Shown here in pieces: positions 1 to 10,093 of a DNA stretch of 38,068 nucleotides. The stretch is taken from NCBI RefSeq assembly GCF_003334385.1, contig NZ_QOWN01000042.1; one strand, written 5' to 3'. The position numbers were made by a program, and so were the translations under genes. Origin of the DNA: Escherichia coli (lineage in GTDB: Bacteria; Pseudomonadota; Gammaproteobacteria; Enterobacterales; Enterobacteriaceae). How positions within the stretch are numbered: the stretch's first letter is position 1; each line of letters begins with the position of its first letter. A model generated the notes under the pieces. The model saw nothing but the letters and a program-made list of their open reading frames with translations, was not told where the DNA came from and did not search any database.

Positions 1-470
1 TTATCCACCGTTGCGCTGTCGCCGGTGATATCAATACCGTGACCGCCGCCGCTGACATCCAGATCGCCGTCCTGAATAACTTTTCCGTTATTACCGTTGA
101 TTTCCGTACCGGTGGAATCCTTGCCGTCAACGGTGGTTTTGCCGTTGTTGTTTGCCGTGGCGTCATCACCATTAATCTGGGTGCCGGTGCCACCGTTGGT
201 GATGGTGCTCTCGCCTTCGTTATTGACGATGGCCTTGTCACCGTCGATCTGGATACCCATGGACTCCGGATCGGTGACGGTCATGGTGCCCTTGTTATCC
301 ACCGTCGCGCTGTCACCGGTGATATCAATACCGTGACCGCCGCCGCTGACATCCAGATCGCCGTCCTGAATCACTTTCCCGTTATTACCGTTGATTTCCG
401 TACCGGTGGAATCTTTACCGTCAACGGTGGTTTTGCCATTGTTGTTTACTGTGGCATTATCACCCGTAAT
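1..470. repeat. Tandem 294-bp (98-codon) coding repeat inside ydbA passenger domain; copies start at 1 and 295 and are near-identical for ~165 bp
   Basis: Direct comparison of 1..165 with 295..460 (ttatccaccgt.gcgctgtc.ccggtgatatcaataccgtgaccgccgccgctgacatccagatcgccgtcctgaat...). Confidence 0.8.
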
Positions 471-1124
471 AACAAGCTCACCGTTGTGATTATATTGCCA
501 CTTCGTTGCGCCATCTGCGCTCACCCCTTCAAGGGCAACAGTGTTATTCGCTTCATCAATCTGCCAAAGATTAATCGTTGCCTTACGACCATTGCTATCT
601 TGCAGAGATATAGTCCCGTCAGCATTCTCGGTATAAGTAAAAACTGAATCGCGAATAGTTAACGTTTTTTCTGTTTTATCGAGAATAACGTCATTATTAA
701 ACGAAACCGGTTTGGGAGGTGTAGGCGTATCATCCGGATCGTCCGGTATTATCTCATCTCCGCCAGGAGTTGGGGGAACTGGAGTGTCGTCTGATTCATC
801 ATCAGGGGGTGTCGGTGGGAGTGGAGAATTGTTGCGATGATGATGATCATCATCGTCGTTTAGTTCCACTACGGCTAAGGCCGTGATTAACGCAGCAGCG
901 CCTGTGGAAAGCCATGGCATCAGGTTTTGTTCGACTAAAGGAGAGCATTCAGAGGGTAAGCGTTTAAGCTCTTCCGGACTGAGTTTTCCTGGGTCTGCCG
1001 GACAAGTCACATTGGTATTTTTCTTTTCACCTGTGGTGGTTTCTACCTCTGTGATATCTGCCGCCCAACCCTGACCACTCAGAGCTAATGCAATACAGGC
1101 CGACAATAGAGTTTTCCTTTGCAT
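1..1124 (-). CDS. ydbA: Autotransporter-like outer membrane protein, 5' portion (partial; continues past window start); N-terminal signal peptide MQRKTLLSACIALALSGQGWA then Pro/Asp-rich linker and ~98-aa passenger repeats
   Basis: Manual minus-strand translation from ATG at 1124..1122 gives a signal peptide and continuous repeat-rich frame to position 1. Not in the ORF track because no stop lies within the window. Position next to paaY matches ydbA. In K-12 ydbA is an IS-disrupted pseudogene; intactness cannot be judged here. Confidence 0.6.
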   Translation of the reverse strand, partial: MQRKTLLSACIALALSGQGWAADITEVETTTGEKKNTNVTCPADPGKLSPEELKRLPSECSPLVEQNLMPWLSTGAAALITALAVVELNDDDDHHHRNNSPLPPTPPDDESDDTPVPPTPGGDEIIPDDPDDTPTPPKPVSFNNDVILDKTEKTLTIRDSVFTYTENADGTISLQDSNGRKATINLWQIDEANNTVALEGVSADGATKWQYNHNGELVITGDNATVNNNGKTTVDGKDSTGTEINGNNGKVIQDGDLDVSGGGHGIDITGDSATVDNKGTMTVTDPESMGIQIDGDKAIVNNEGESTITNGGTGTQINGDDATANNNGKTTVDGKDSTGTEINGNNGKVIQDGDLDVSGGGHGIDITGDSATVD

Positions 1125-1393
1125 AATAAATCCTTCTGGCGAATATAAAGAAAGCCGGATGCACTAACCCGACCAATTAGTTATTTAAAACATAGAAGAC
1201 ATCCAATATTGCCAGTAGATTATTATCTAATCAAACATACTTTCCTATAATTCACAATTATAATTCAGGTGAATAAAAAAAGACCATGAAATATATAAAT
1301 TGTGTATATAATATAAATTACAAATTAAAACCACATTCTCATTATAAATAATTATATGATGAAAAAACGGTATGAATTAATACTCAAATAAAT

Positions 1394-1422
1394 AAAGCAG
1401 AGCTTAAACATAACTCTGCTTT
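1394..1422 (-). terminator. Stem-loop (aaagcagag / ctctgcttt) just 3' of paaY, followed on the minus strand by a T-rich tract; probable paaXY terminator
   Basis: Inverted repeat read directly, 30 bp downstream of the paaY stop. Confidence 0.4.
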
Positions 1423-1454
1423 ATAATTAAAGGGACAAAATAATTTTACATCTG

Positions 1455-2045
1455 TTACTGTTTCGGTCGCAGATTCTCATCAAATACCAGGCGTTTCCTG
1501 CCAGGTTCAATTTCCCGCAATGGCTCGACTTGATGTAACGTCTGCTTACAGCGTGTCACCAGCACCTGGTACTCATGCGTACCCTGCTTTTTCCATGCCA
1601 ACTCCTGCTCACTGAGTTCACGAATCGCTTTCGCCGGGCTGCCGACAATCAGGTAATTAGCTGGTATTTCTGCTTTGGCTTTCACAAATGCGGATGCACC
1701 AACAATGCTGTTCTCGCCAATCACCGCACCGTCCATCACTACCGCGTTCATTCCCACTAATGCATTGCGGCGGATAATGCAGCCGTGAAGGATAGCGCTA
1801 TGACCAATATGTCCATCTTCTCCTACAACAGTATCCTGCTCGGGAAAACCGTGCATAACGCAATTATCCTGAATGTTCGCGCCATCTTTCACCACGATAC
1901 GACCAAAATCGCCACGCAGGCTGGCATTTGGCCCAACGTAAACGCCCTTGCCGAGAATAACATCGCCGATCAATACCGCTGTCGGATGGACAAAACTCTC
2001 TTCTGGCACAACCGGAGTCAGACCGTCTATCTGATAAATTGGCAT
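1455..2045 (-). CDS. paaY: PaaY, hexapeptide-repeat (gamma-carbonic-anhydrase-like) acyl-CoA thioesterase of the phenylacetate pathway
   Basis: 196-aa ORF with left-handed beta-helix hexapeptide repeats; last gene of the paa cluster after paaX. Confidence 0.85.
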   Translation of the reverse strand: MPIYQIDGLTPVVPEESFVHPTAVLIGDVILGKGVYVGPNASLRGDFGRIVVKDGANIQDNCVMHGFPEQDTVVGEDGHIGHSAILHGCIIRRNALVGMNAVVMDGAVIGENSIVGASAFVKAKAEIPANYLIVGSPAKAIRELSEQELAWKKQGTHEYQVLVTRCKQTLHQVEPLREIEPGRKRLVFDENLRPKQ

Positions 2046-2977
2046 AACGCCTCCTGTTCAATATTCAAGCCGCCAAAACGTTGAAAATACAGGCTTCCCG
2101 GCGCAGGCAGTTCACCGACCGAGGTTTCACCTTTTTCACTAACGAACGCTAAAGCAGCAGGCGCTACGCGCTGATAAATGTTGATACACAGCTGACGCGC
2201 CGTATGCCCTGCCCAGTGTGCCGGAAGCAACTCCTCCGGCAACAATGGGTCTTTAAGGACGACACGGCGATAAAAATGGATCAGTAAAAGCTGAATATGA
2301 AATGCCCGCTCCGGGGTTAACTCGTCTGCCGCCTCTTTTAAAAGCGGCACCAGCGGGCGGAATGACTGAATAAAGGTTTCGTACATGGCATTTTGTTCAG
2401 TTAAATGCCAGCACTCTTCTACTCTGGCACGCAGTGCTGCGCGAGAAAGCGCCAGTGGTATTTGCGCTTCAAAACAAATCACGTTATCCGCCACACCCGC
2501 TTCATGCAAAAGTGTCTGTACATCGGCCAGTTTTTGCGACGGCGATGCCATCAGGCTGGGTGCCAGTGCGCCAAAACCTTGCCAGATCAACTGCTTTTTG
2601 ACATCAGCCAGCGTTGATTTATCTAAACCTTCCGAGAGCAACAGGAGCCATTTACCATCCCATGCAGGTTGCTCTGCGCGATAAATTTTACTTTCTGCCC
2701 GTCGCGTCAGGCGCAAGCCTTTATCACTGAGGCTATAGAAACTGCGTCGCCCGATGCGGGAAACATCCAGCCAGCCTTCTTTATTAAGACGAAACAAAGC
2801 GGTGCGCACGAAACGCTCACCAAATCCCAGCCCTTCCAGCAAAGCAGCCAGACTACCCAACCAGATTTCACCACCACGATGGGAAAGCGAATCACCATAC
2901 AGAGAGGAGATCAAAGATGTGCCACTGACCGGAACAGCGTTTACAGCATGTTGGATAAAAGTATCAAGTTTACTCAT
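2027..2977 (-). CDS. paaX: PaaX, transcriptional repressor of the paa operons (phenylacetyl-CoA responsive)
   Basis: 316-aa ORF, expected length and position; overlaps the paaY start by 19 nt. Confidence 0.85.
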   Translation of the reverse strand: MSKLDTFIQHAVNAVPVSGTSLISSLYGDSLSHRGGEIWLGSLAALLEGLGFGERFVRTALFRLNKEGWLDVSRIGRRSFYSLSDKGLRLTRRAESKIYRAEQPAWDGKWLLLLSEGLDKSTLADVKKQLIWQGFGALAPSLMASPSQKLADVQTLLHEAGVADNVICFEAQIPLALSRAALRARVEECWHLTEQNAMYETFIQSFRPLVPLLKEAADELTPERAFHIQLLLIHFYRRVVLKDPLLPEELLPAHWAGHTARQLCINIYQRVAPAALAFVSEKGETSVGELPAPGSLYFQRFGGLNIEQEALCQFIR

Positions 2978-3037
2978 TCGCTTCAGTCTGTTGTTATTGT
3001 TGTGATTTATGAATCATAGCACAGGTCGTATCGACTT

Positions 3038-3069
3038 CTGGCCCTGGCGCTTTACCCCACCAGGGCCAG
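3038..3069. other. Perfect 10-bp inverted repeat (ctggccctgg ... ccagggccag, 12-nt loop) in the paaK–paaX intergenic region; possible paaK terminator or regulatory hairpin
   Basis: Read directly; no clear U-tract. Confidence 0.3.
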
Positions 3070-3077
3070 ACGATACG

Positions 3078-4391
3078 TCAGGCACCAACAATATTGCGCA
3101 GATCAAACACCCGACACGCCTTGCCTTCTGAACGCGGGATACTGCCACAGTTAACGATCATCACATCGGTAGAGATCCCCACCATCGACTTAATCCGATG
3201 GCGCAGCTGGTGGCATACCTGGCAACGCTGCTCATGCGTCAATGTCAGGCTACTTTCTTTCAACTCCACTTTCACAGAAAGTGAATCAAGATGCCCCCGG
3301 CGGTTCACCTCCAGTTGGTAATGCGGCGATAAATGTTCGAATTTGACAATCTCTTCTTCCAGTTGTGACGGAAAGACATTTACACCGCGAATAATCAACA
3401 TGTCATCGCTGCGTCCGCTGATGCGATCCATGCGGCGCATAGTCCGCGCCGTTCCTGGTAACAGTCGGGTTAAATCACGCGTGCGGTAACGAATGACCGG
3501 CAATGCTTCTTTGGTCAGCGTGGTGAATAACAGTTCGCCATGTTCACCATCGGCAAGCGGTGTGCCGTCATGAGGATTAACAATTTCAGGATAGAAATGA
3601 TCTTCCCAAATGGTTGGGCCGTCGGTAGTTTCCAGACACTCCATCGCCACCCCCGGCCCCATCACTTCTGACAGGCCATAAATATCCAGTGCGGTGATCC
3701 CCAGGCGACGCTCAATCTCTTTACGCATGGCCTGTGTCCACGGCTCAGCACCAAATACTCCAACCCGCAGCGAGCAACCGCTGGCATCACCGCCCAACTG
3801 CCGCTCCAGCTCTTCAATCAGGTTAAGGCAATAAGATGGCGTAACCATGATCATATCTGGTTGAAAATCACGGATCAGTTGCGCTTGTTTTTCCGTCTGC
3901 CCGCCAGACATCGGGATCACCGTAGCGCCCAGACGTTCGGCACCATAGTGCGCACCCAGCCCACCAGTAAACAGGCCGTAACCATAGGCAACATGAATTT
4001 TGTCTTTGGGCGAGCCCCCTGCCGCACGCAAAGAACGCGCTACAATATTGGCCCAGTTATCAATATCGTTTTGCGTATAGCCGACAACTGTCGGTTTACC
4101 TGTGGTTCCCGAAGAAGCATGAATGCGCACCACTTGTTCCATTGGCACGGCAAAGGTGTCAAAGGGATAGTTGTCGCGCAGATCCTGTTTGGTGGTACAG
4201 GGAAATTTACGCAGGTCTGAAAGTTCCCTGAAATCATCAGGATGTACGCCTGCTGCGTCGAATTTGCGCCGATACATCGGCACATTTTCATACGCGTGTT
4301 TGAGCGTCCATTTCAGACGCTGTGTTTGCAACGCCTGTAACTCATCAACAGACGCGGTTTCAATCGGGTCAAGCTTTGTATTGGTTATCAT
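3078..4391 (-). CDS. paaK: PaaK, phenylacetate–CoA ligase
   Basis: ORF 3078..4475; start placed at internal ATG 4391 (MITNTKLDP...) giving 437 aa; adenylate-forming enzyme motifs. Confidence 0.85.
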   Translation of the reverse strand: MITNTKLDPIETASVDELQALQTQRLKWTLKHAYENVPMYRRKFDAAGVHPDDFRELSDLRKFPCTTKQDLRDNYPFDTFAVPMEQVVRIHASSGTTGKPTVVGYTQNDIDNWANIVARSLRAAGGSPKDKIHVAYGYGLFTGGLGAHYGAERLGATVIPMSGGQTEKQAQLIRDFQPDMIMVTPSYCLNLIEELERQLGGDASGCSLRVGVFGAEPWTQAMRKEIERRLGITALDIYGLSEVMGPGVAMECLETTDGPTIWEDHFYPEIVNPHDGTPLADGEHGELLFTTLTKEALPVIRYRTRDLTRLLPGTARTMRRMDRISGRSDDMLIIRGVNVFPSQLEEEIVKFEHLSPHYQLEVNRRGHLDSLSVKVELKESSLTLTHEQRCQVCHQLRHRIKSMVGISTDVMIVNCGSIPRSEGKACRVFDLRNIVGA

Positions 4392-4417
4392 TGTAGGGTA
4401 CTCGCAGGTTGATATGC

Positions 4418-5623
4418 TCAAACACGCTCCAGAATCATGGCGATGCCCTGACCGACACCGATGCACATGGTGCACAATGCGTAACGACCGTTACGCCGAT
4501 GCAGCTCATGGCTGGCAGCCAGTGCCAGGCGGGCACCACTCATTCCCAACGGATGGCCTAAGGCGATAGCGCCTCCGTTGGGGTTAACATGTGGGGCATC
4601 ATCAGGCAGCCCCAATTCGCGTAGTACACCCAACGCCTGGGCCGCGAACGCTTCGTTCAGTTCAATCACGTCCATATCGTGAATACTCAGCCCTGCGCGT
4701 TCCAGCACCCGGCGAGTTGCAGGCACCGGACCAAGCCCCATCAGGCGCGGTTCCACCCCGGCGGTTGCCATGGCTACGATACGCGCCCGCGGTGTCAGTC
4801 CTTGCGCTGCTGCCATCTGTTCACTGGCAATAATCAACGCAGCGGCTCCGTCATTCACCCCGGAAGCATTGCCTGCGGTAATCACCCCATTGGCACGAAA
4901 TGGTGCTTTTAACCCACGTAACTGTTCCAGCGTCGTTTCCGGGCGCAGATGCTCATCATGTTGTATTTCTGTTACAACACCTTTCTTGTTTTTCAACACA
5001 ACCGGAACAATCTCCTCAGCCAGAATGCCTGAGGATTGCGCTTTTGCCGTACGTTGCTGACTGCGTAGCGCAAAACTATCTTGATCTTCTCGTGAGATTT
5101 TTAACAGTTCAGCTACATTCTCTGCCGTTTCCGGCATGCTGTCAGTTCCAAATTGCTGAGCCATGAGCGGGTTCACAAATCGCCAGCCAATAGTGGTATC
5201 GAACATCTCAGCCTGACGAGAAAATGCACTGGCTGCCTTGCCCATAACAAACGGTGCCCGTGACATTGACTCCACGCCACCGGCGATCAGCAAATCGCCA
5301 TCGCCCGCTTTAATCGCCCGTGCGGCAAACCCCAGTGCGTCCAGCCCGGAACCACACAAGCGGTTAATGGTTGTGCCGGAAACACTCTGCGGCAGCCCCG
5401 CCAGTAAAGTCGCCATCCGGGCTACGTTACGGTTATCTTCTCCCGCCTGATTAGCACAGCCGAGGATCACATCATCGATACACTCCGCATCGAGACGCGG
5501 GTTTCGCACCAGCAGTTCCCGCAAAGGGATAGCAGCCAGATCATCAGCCCGAACACTTGATAATGCCCCGCCGTAGCGACCAATTGGCGTACGAATTCCG
5601 TCACAAATAAAGGCTTCACGCAT
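4418..5623 (-). CDS. paaJ: PaaJ, 3-oxoadipyl-CoA / 3-oxo-5,6-dehydrosuberyl-CoA thiolase
   Basis: 401-aa thiolase-fold ORF with catalytic Cys context (NRLCGSG) and C-terminal GxGxG. Confidence 0.85.
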   Translation of the reverse strand: MREAFICDGIRTPIGRYGGALSSVRADDLAAIPLRELLVRNPRLDAECIDDVILGCANQAGEDNRNVARMATLLAGLPQSVSGTTINRLCGSGLDALGFAARAIKAGDGDLLIAGGVESMSRAPFVMGKAASAFSRQAEMFDTTIGWRFVNPLMAQQFGTDSMPETAENVAELLKISREDQDSFALRSQQRTAKAQSSGILAEEIVPVVLKNKKGVVTEIQHDEHLRPETTLEQLRGLKAPFRANGVITAGNASGVNDGAAALIIASEQMAAAQGLTPRARIVAMATAGVEPRLMGLGPVPATRRVLERAGLSIHDMDVIELNEAFAAQALGVLRELGLPDDAPHVNPNGGAIALGHPLGMSGARLALAASHELHRRNGRYALCTMCIGVGQGIAMILERV

Positions 5624-6045
5624 CAGGCTTCTCCTGTAATGGTGCCGCCGATGCGGTGAGATTTACCGCGAAACAGCGCAACCGTTTTTTGTTGTTGGTT
5701 AACAATTTCGATGTCGTAAACACCGGTTTGCTTGCCCTGATGACGTACCTGCGCAGTAGCAGTTAAGGTGTCTCCGGCAAAGCCTGGACGCAAAAAATCA
5801 ATCGTGCAGGCAGAAGCGACGGCTGCCAGCCCCTGGCTATTGCAGGCGTAGGCAAAGGCAGTATCAGCCAGTGAAAATAGCTGCCCGCCGTGGCAACTTT
5901 GATGACCGTTAAGCATTTGTGCAGTGACGGTCATGGTCACTACAGCAAAGCCTTCATCCATTGAGATAATGTCGATGCCAAGCGCTTTGGCGCAGGCATC
6001 GTTCTCATACATTGCATGGGCATTTTGCCAGGCCTTATGACTCAT
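5623..6045 (-). CDS. paaI: PaaI, hotdog-fold phenylacetyl-CoA thioesterase
   Basis: ORF 5623..6129; start placed at MSHKAWQNAH (140 aa). Confidence 0.8.
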   Translation of the reverse strand: MSHKAWQNAHAMYENDACAKALGIDIISMDEGFAVVTMTVTAQMLNGHQSCHGGQLFSLADTAFAYACNSQGLAAVASACTIDFLRPGFAGDTLTATAQVRHQGKQTGVYDIEIVNQQQKTVALFRGKSHRIGGTITGEA

Positions 6046-7462
6046 AACCGCTCTCCAGAAGCGCCCGTTGGCGCAGCAATGAACATGGGCGATAGCGTTC
6101 TTCGCCATAGTGATGCTGTAGATTTTCAAGGAGCCTTAATATTCGCTGCCAGCCAAGTTGCGCTCCCCAGGCAAGTGGGCCATATGGATAATTCACCCCA
6201 AGACGCATGGCGGTATCGATATCCTGTTCAGAGGCCACGCCTTTTTGAAGCGCATCAAGGGCTTCATTGATGATCATTGCTACCGTTCGCCAAATCAGCA
6301 TTCCTGGGTAATCTGCAATTTGCAGCACTGTTTTGCCCTGCTGTTGCAGGTAATAAATGGCCTTGCGGGTCGCTGAGTCCGGGTTCACCGCTGCAGCAGC
6401 AATGGTCACCACCTTGCCCGCCATTTTATCGATCACTACCACCGGGCGTGCCAGTCGTATTGCCAGCGCCTGTGCCGTCTCGCCTTGTGTCTCAATCAAT
6501 AAAACATCGTCAATTTCCGTGACACCGTCACTTTTCTTTTCTACTTTCATTGGGCTAAAACTGTCGCTTACCGCTTCCAGGCCAACAACTGCCTCACGTT
6601 CCGCGCGCCAGTCGTACACGCCCAGCCCACTTTTCTTGCCCAACCGTCCACCAATCACCAGTTCCTGTTGCACCAGCGAAGGTAAAAAACGACGCTCCTG
6701 CCAGAAAGCGTTAAACACCGAACAGGTGACAGCAAAATTGACGTCCTGACCAATCAGATCGGTTAATTCCAGCGGCCCCATCGGGAAACCAGCGCCATCG
6801 CGAAGTGCAGCGTCAATCACTTCTGGTGCAGCAACCTGCTCTTCCAGTGCCCGCCAGGCCTCGGAATAATAAGGACGCGCAACACGGTTAACGATAAATC
6901 CAGGAGTCGAATGACAGCGCACAGGCTGCTTACCCCAACTCAACGTTAGTTCACACAACTGCTCAACAACTTCCGCCGCCGTTGCCAGCCCACTGACCAC
7001 CTCCACCAACTTCATCACCGGTGCCGGGTTAAAAAAATGCAGCCCCGCAACACGTTCAGGATTTTTTATCTCCGCAGCAATCGCGGTTATAGAGATTGAC
7101 GAAGTGTTAGTGGTCAATAGCGTTTGTGGCGGGCAAACTTCCGCCAGCTGTGCAAAGAGCGCTTTTTTGACTTCCAGACGTTCAGACGCCGCTTCAATGA
7201 CCAGGTCCGCAGCTGCCAGCGCGTGAATATCGGTCACCGGGATCAGGCGTTTCAATGTGCGTTCACAGGTTTCAGCAGTCAGTTTTCCCCGCGTCACGCG
7301 TGAATTTAGCCGCGCGTGTATCCCGTCGATTGCGCGGGTCAGCGCTTCAGCAGAAATGTCATACAGTAAAACCTGGTGTCCATGACTGGCAGCAACTTCA
7401 GCAATGCCTGCCCCCATGGTGCCGCTCCCAATCACTGCCACAGTTTGCACATTTATCATCAT
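6035..7462 (-). CDS. paaH: PaaH, NAD-dependent 3-hydroxyadipyl-CoA dehydrogenase
   Basis: ORF 6035..7558; start placed at MMINVQTVAVIGSGTMGAG (Rossmann GxGxxG), 475 aa. Confidence 0.85.
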   Translation of the reverse strand: MMINVQTVAVIGSGTMGAGIAEVAASHGHQVLLYDISAEALTRAIDGIHARLNSRVTRGKLTAETCERTLKRLIPVTDIHALAAADLVIEAASERLEVKKALFAQLAEVCPPQTLLTTNTSSISITAIAAEIKNPERVAGLHFFNPAPVMKLVEVVSGLATAAEVVEQLCELTLSWGKQPVRCHSTPGFIVNRVARPYYSEAWRALEEQVAAPEVIDAALRDGAGFPMGPLELTDLIGQDVNFAVTCSVFNAFWQERRFLPSLVQQELVIGGRLGKKSGLGVYDWRAEREAVVGLEAVSDSFSPMKVEKKSDGVTEIDDVLLIETQGETAQALAIRLARPVVVIDKMAGKVVTIAAAAVNPDSATRKAIYYLQQQGKTVLQIADYPGMLIWRTVAMIINEALDALQKGVASEQDIDTAMRLGVNYPYGPLAWGAQLGWQRILRLLENLQHHYGEERYRPCSLLRQRALLESGYES

Positions 7463-7463
7463 G

Positions 7464-8252
7464 CTATTTCCCCGTGAACTGCGGTGAGCGTTTAGCCAGG
7501 AACGCACTGACACCTTCACGATAATCTGCGCTCCGTCCGGCAAGTCGCTGATAGTCACGTTCCAGATCCAGTTGCGTATCGAGCGTATTGGTTTCAGCGC
7601 TATTTATCGCTTGCTTGATAAGTCCAAGACCAAATGTCGGTTGTGTCGCCAGATGCCGTGCCAGCTGTTGCGCGGTATCTGCCAGCGTTTCATCATCAAC
7701 AACCTGCCAGATCATCCCCCATTCGTGCGCCTGTTCAGCACTCAGTTGATTCCCCAGCAGTGCCAGCCCCATGGCGCGCGCTCGTCCGGCAACGCGTGGC
7801 AGTAACCAGGTTCCACCGCAATCGGGTATTAAGCCTAACTTACTAAACGCCATGACGAATTTTGCTGAACGGGCAGCAATAACGATGTCGCCCCCCAGTG
7901 CCAGTGTTGCGCCTGCCCCTGCCGCCACGCCATTGACTGCACAGATCACCGGTTTTGGCAGTTTTGCCAGGCGACGTACCAGTGGGTTATAGAAACGTTC
8001 AACTGACATCCCTAAATCCGGTGCGGGGCCTGTGGGATCAACGTTACGATCGTTAAGATCCTGACCAGCACAAAATCCGCGCCCGGCACCTGTAAGTAAC
8101 AGGCAACGGATAGTGTCGTCGCGCTCGACCTGTTTCAGGCACTCTGCCAGTTGTGCGTGCATCTCATCATTAAAACTGTTCAGGCGTTCCGGGCGGTTGA
8201 GCGTTAGTGTCATCACGCCCTTTTCTACATGACTGAGGATGAATTCCATCAT
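7464..8252 (-). CDS. paaG: PaaG, crotonase-family 1,2-epoxyphenylacetyl-CoA isomerase
   Basis: 262-aa enoyl-CoA hydratase/isomerase-fold ORF. Confidence 0.85.
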   Translation of the reverse strand: MMEFILSHVEKGVMTLTLNRPERLNSFNDEMHAQLAECLKQVERDDTIRCLLLTGAGRGFCAGQDLNDRNVDPTGPAPDLGMSVERFYNPLVRRLAKLPKPVICAVNGVAAGAGATLALGGDIVIAARSAKFVMAFSKLGLIPDCGGTWLLPRVAGRARAMGLALLGNQLSAEQAHEWGMIWQVVDDETLADTAQQLARHLATQPTFGLGLIKQAINSAETNTLDTQLDLERDYQRLAGRSADYREGVSAFLAKRSPQFTGK

Positions 8253-9019
8253 TAGCGTCCTTTAAAGTCGGGCGTGCGTTTTTGTAAGAAAGCGGAGATG
8301 CCTTCATGACGATCTTCTGTTGCCGCCAGCAAGGTGAATAACTGTCGCTCCTGGGCAAGTCCGGCTTGCAAAGCCACTTCCTGCGACTGGCGCAGCGCTT
8401 GCTTTGCCGCTTGTAAGGCCAGCGGCGAGTGACGTGCCATTTTCGATGCCAGCTGTAAGGCGTATTCGAGGGTTAAATCGCTGGGGAAGACGTCGCTAAC
8501 CAGCCCGGCCTGCTGTGCTTGCTGAGCGGTGATACTTTCTCCGCTCAGCACCATTTTGCTGGCTAACGATTTACCGACACTACGGATTAAACGTTGCGTT
8601 CCGCCTGCGCCAGGCATGATGCCGAGAGTGATTTCCGGCAACCCAAAACGCGCGTTCTCTCCGGCAACCACCACATCGCACAACAATGCCAGTTCGCAAC
8701 CCGCCCCAAGCGCGTAACCATTGACGGCTGCGATAAGTGGTTTATTAAAGGCCTGCAATCGCGCCCATAGCTGCGGACGTGTATCGTTTAAGGTGGCCGC
8801 GAGATCTTTTTCTGCCATTTCGTTGAGATCGGCCCCAGCGGCAAAAAAGCGTGCATTACCGGTAATCACACAGACCGAAATGCTGGTATCGGTAGCCGCA
8901 GCTTCCAGTTCATTTACCAGTTGCATCAGCAGGGCATTATTTAGCGCATTACGTGCGGCGGGACGGTTAAGGGTCAGCAACAATACTCGTTGCTGACGGC
9001 TGACGATCAGTTCGCTCAT
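8252..9019 (-). CDS. paaF: PaaF, crotonase-family 2,3-dehydroadipyl-CoA hydratase
   Basis: 255-aa enoyl-CoA hydratase-fold ORF; ATGA overlap with paaE stop. Confidence 0.85.
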   Translation of the reverse strand: MSELIVSRQQRVLLLTLNRPAARNALNNALLMQLVNELEAAATDTSISVCVITGNARFFAAGADLNEMAEKDLAATLNDTRPQLWARLQAFNKPLIAAVNGYALGAGCELALLCDVVVAGENARFGLPEITLGIMPGAGGTQRLIRSVGKSLASKMVLSGESITAQQAQQAGLVSDVFPSDLTLEYALQLASKMARHSPLALQAAKQALRQSQEVALQAGLAQERQLFTLLAATEDRHEGISAFLQKRTPDFKGR

Positions 9020-10086
9020 GCCATCCCCTTCGCGTCAAAGTCAACCACCACATCGCTGGTCAGCGGCAGTGCCTGGCAACTCAACACATAACCTGCGGCC
9101 AGTTCATCCGGTTCCAGACTGTAATTGGTTTCCATCGCCACTTTGCCACGCAGCACTTTGCATTTGCAGGTCGCACAGACGCCGCCTTTGCAGGCATAGG
9201 GCAGATCCGCCCCCTGGCGCAATGCCGCATCGAGAATGCTTTCATCGTCGGCATTAAGCACGATTTCCCGATCCCGCCCATCCTGACGTACAGTCACTTT
9301 TTGTCCGTCACTTTGCACGTTAACGCTACGTTTGACGCGCGTGCCAGGCGTATTAAACCGCTCCAGATGAATGGTTTTATCTGGCATTCCCAGTGCTTTT
9401 AAGGCGGTTTCCGCGTCATCCATCATCGCCGCCGGACCACAAATAAATGCCTCATCATAAAGACGAAAATTAATGAGCGAGGCCCCAAGTGACTGTAATT
9501 TTTCACCGTCAATACGCCCGTGAAGCAGATCGCTGTCGAGGGTTTCCTGACTGAAAATGCACAACAACTGTAAACGCTGAGGATATTTGTCTTTCAGGTC
9601 TGCCAGTGCCTAGCGAAACATCATGCTCTGGCTGGTACGGTTACCGTAGATCAGGGTGAACTGACTTTCAGGCTCGGTTTGTAAAGTGGTGGCGATAATC
9701 GCCAGCATTGGCGTAATACCTGATCCTGCTGCAATTGCCAGATAGCGCCCCTGGCGTTCGGCCTGCGGCTGATAGCCGAAATGCCCCTGCGGCACCATGA
9801 CCTCCAGCGTCATACCCTGGCGGATGTGTTCGCGGGCATAGCGGGAGAAACGTCCGCCTTCAATGGCTTTCACCGCCACACTAATTTCGCCAGGCAGATA
9901 GCTGCGGCAAATGGAGTAACAACGGCGTAATTCTTCACCATCAAAGCTGGCTTTTAAGGTCAAATGTTGACCGGGGCGAAAGCGATACGCCTCCTGCAAA
10001 GGCTGGGGCACCGCAAAGGTAATGGTCACCGCATCACGGGTTTCCGACTCGACTTTTGCCACTGTTAAGGAATGAAACGTTGTCAT
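9016..10086 (-). pseudogene. paaE: PaaE, reductase subunit (ferredoxin-NADP reductase-like with C-terminal 2Fe-2S domain) of the phenylacetyl-CoA epoxidase, interrupted by an in-frame TAG at 9612..9610 (codon 159)
   Basis: ORFs 9610..10296 and 9016..9567 are in the same frame. Manual translation across the junction reads ...SQSMMFR*ALADLKDKYPQRLQLLCIFSQE... From ATG 10086 the gene would be 356 codons apart from this one stop. Confidence 0.7.
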
Positions 10087-10093
10087 GGCATCC

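Noticed and set aside
39-647. 202-aa plus-strand ORF with internal repeats
   Set aside because: It lies antisense to the ydbA coding frame and simply mirrors the 294-bp tandem repeat; the minus strand has the signal peptide and start codon, so this is a shadow ORF.
1154-1175. gccggatgc motif resembling part of a REP element
   Set aside because: Only a short partial match with no accompanying inverted partner or the rest of the REP consensus.
6035-7558. Long N-terminal extensions in the ORF track for paaH, paaK, paaI, paaC, paaD, tynA, uspF, hslJ, ydbL
   Set aside because: The track reports the most upstream start (including TTG/GTG). In each case an internal ATG with an RBS or a signal peptide gives the expected protein length, so the extensions were trimmed rather than treated as novel N-termini.
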